This document shows positions 58,642 through 60,056 of a stretch of 60,056 bases of DNA, in pieces (the first letter of the stretch is position 1; each line of letters starts with the position of its first letter). A model generated the notes under the pieces. It was not told the DNA's origin, made no database searches, and saw only the letters and a list, made by a program, of their open reading frames with translations. The DNA lies in assembly GCA_025358555.1 (NCBI GenBank), contig JANYJD010000036.1, positions 1 through 60,056 of the forward strand, read 5' to 3'. The DNA is from Rhodoferax sp. GTDB taxonomy: Bacteria > Pseudomonadota > Gammaproteobacteria > Burkholderiales > Burkholderiaceae_C. The position numbers and the translations under genes were made by a program.

Positions 58642-59517
58642 ATGGAAATCCTGCTTCAACTTATCTACAGCGGCGTCGCACTCGGCATGATCTATGCGGT
58701 CATTGCCTTCGGTTACCAGCTAACGTTCCAGACCTCCGACACCCTCAATTTCGGCCAGGGAGACGCGCTCATGCTGGGTGCCATGGTCGGCCTGACACTG
58801 GTCAACATGGGCGTCAACTACTGGTTGATGCTGCCCTTGGTGATAGTTTTTGGCATGCTGCAAGGAGGCATCGTGGAGTGGATCGGCGTGCGCCCAGCCA
58901 TCAAGATCAAAAGCGAGTTTGGCTGGATCATGTCCACCATTGCTTTGGGCATCATTTTCAAGAACGTGGCTGAAAACATCTGGGGCCGTGATGACCTCAA
59001 GTTTCCGTCCCCGCTGCCGGAGTCGCCACTCAAGGTGTTTGGAGCCAATGTCCTGCCCATGGAAATCCTCGTGGTGGTGGGCGCGATTTTGATGATGCTG
59101 GCGGTGGAGTTTTTCAACCGCAAAACAATTTATGGCAAGGCCGTGGTGGCCACTTTCAATGACCGCGACGCGGCCAAGCTGATGGGCATCAACACCGGCC
59201 TGGTGATCACCTTTTCCTACGCGCTTTCATCGGCTACCGCCGCGTTTGCCGGCGCGCTGATTGCGCCGCTCACGCTCACCGGCGCCACCATGGGCGCGGT
59301 GCTGGGCCTCAAGGCCTTTGCAGTCGCCATCATTGGCGGGCTGACCAGCGGCATGGGCATCATTGTGGGCGGCATCATTTTGGGCGTGGCCGAGACCACG
59401 ACGGGGTTTTACCTGTCGACCGGCTACAAAGACGTGCCGGGCCTGGTGCTGCTGCTGCTGGTGCTGGCGTTCAAGCCGGCCGGGCTGTTTGGCAAGACCG
59501 CCATTAAAAAAGTATAA
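58642..59517 (+). CDS. branched-chain-type ABC permease (LivH-like)
   Basis: 291-aa polytopic protein with LNFGQGDALMLGAM and a C-terminal KPAGLFGK. Confidence 0.88.
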   Translation: MEILLQLIYSGVALGMIYAVIAFGYQLTFQTSDTLNFGQGDALMLGAMVGLTLVNMGVNYWLMLPLVIVFGMLQGGIVEWIGVRPAIKIKSEFGWIMSTIALGIIFKNVAENIWGRDDLKFPSPLPESPLKVFGANVLPMEILVVVGAILMMLAVEFFNRKTIYGKAVVATFNDRDAAKLMGINTGLVITFSYALSSATAAFAGALIAPLTLTGATMGAVLGLKAFAVAIIGGLTSGMGIIVGGIILGVAETTTGFYLSTGYKDVPGLVLLLLVLAFKPAGLFGKTAIKKV

Positions 59518-59532
59518 AAAGAAAGCCTGAAG

Positions 59533-60056
59533 ATGAATCGCAAGACCCTGATTGCGGCGGTGCTTGGCCTGGCAGTGCTGGCCGCTGCACCGCTGTTCAC
59601 CAGCAACTCGTACTACATCCACATGATCGGCACGATCATGATTTACGCCATATTGCTGTTTGGCCTGGACATTGTGGTGGGCTACACCGGCCAGGTGTCG
59701 CTCGGCCACTCAGGGCTGTTCGGCATCGGGTCTTACACGGCCGGCGTGCTGTTCATGAAGCTCGGCGCGCCGCTGTGGTTGATCATTCCGGCCAGCATTG
59801 TGGTGACGGCAGGCTTTGGGGCCTTGTTGGCGCTGCCCGCACTGCGCGTGACCGGCCCATACTTGGCCATGGTGACGCTGGCGTTTGGCACCATCATCCA
59901 GATTTTGATCAACGAAATGACGTTTCTCACCGAAGGCCCGCTCGGCATCAAAATCCCCAAGCCTTCAATTGCCGGACACAAGCTGAGCGAGCATGAGTTT
60001 TACTGGCTGACGTTTGCGCTGATGGTGATATCGCTTGTCGTGGCGCACCGCATTTT
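59533..60056 (+). CDS. branched-chain-type ABC permease (LivM-like), 3'-truncated by the window edge
   Basis: Hand translation from the ATG at 59533 gives MNRKTLIAAVLGLAVLAAAPLFTSNSYYIHMIGTIMIYAILLFGLDIVVGYTGQVSLGHSGLFGIGSYTAGVL... The frame stays open to the end of the window, so it is absent from the track. Confidence 0.8.
   Translation, partial: MNRKTLIAAVLGLAVLAAAPLFTSNSYYIHMIGTIMIYAILLFGLDIVVGYTGQVSLGHSGLFGIGSYTAGVLFMKLGAPLWLIIPASIVVTAGFGALLALPALRVTGPYLAMVTLAFGTIIQILINEMTFLTEGPLGIKIPKPSIAGHKLSEHEFYWLTFALMVISLVVAHRI

Overview
High-GC proteobacterial chromosomal window; gene content and order look betaproteobacterial, Comamonadaceae-like (inference). Left to right: (1) a 2873-aa NdvB/Cgs-type cyclic beta-1,2-glucan synthase, then a ferritin-like gene and a BON lipoprotein gene. 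(2) An initiator tRNA-fMet followed by the complete spc and alpha ribosomal operons on the minus strand (rplN to rplQ, with secY, rpmJ and rpoA; no infA or adk). (3) Divergent glpD/glpK, then proC, a decayed VapC/PIN fragment and a Crp/Fnr regulator. (4) A Liv-type ABC importer bracketed by two acyl-CoA ligases. (5) Two orphan Bug/TctC binding proteins, a TRAP transporter, a MarR regulator and a bicupin. (6) DUF1840 and cfa. (7) An accessory-looking block at about 42.2-53.7 kb: a DUF1800 lipoprotein, a Tat-exported DUF1501 protein, two serralysin-like metzincins, one kexin-like S8 subtilase and an orphan lipoprotein. (8) The fused isobutyryl-CoA mutase icmF and a second Liv-type ABC operon that runs off the window. 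The most unusual signal is that all three proteases lack N-terminal signal peptides, carry RTX repeats and end in the same unassigned C-terminal module of about 155-190 aa. No type I secretion genes are present in the window. Other points of interest: an in-frame insertion of about 28 codons in glpK that resembles intergenic REP-like repeats, a 25/26-nt duplicated gene junction upstream of the DUF1800 gene, and several strong palindromic candidate operators. No CRISPR array, integrase, transposase or recognisable defence system was seen.
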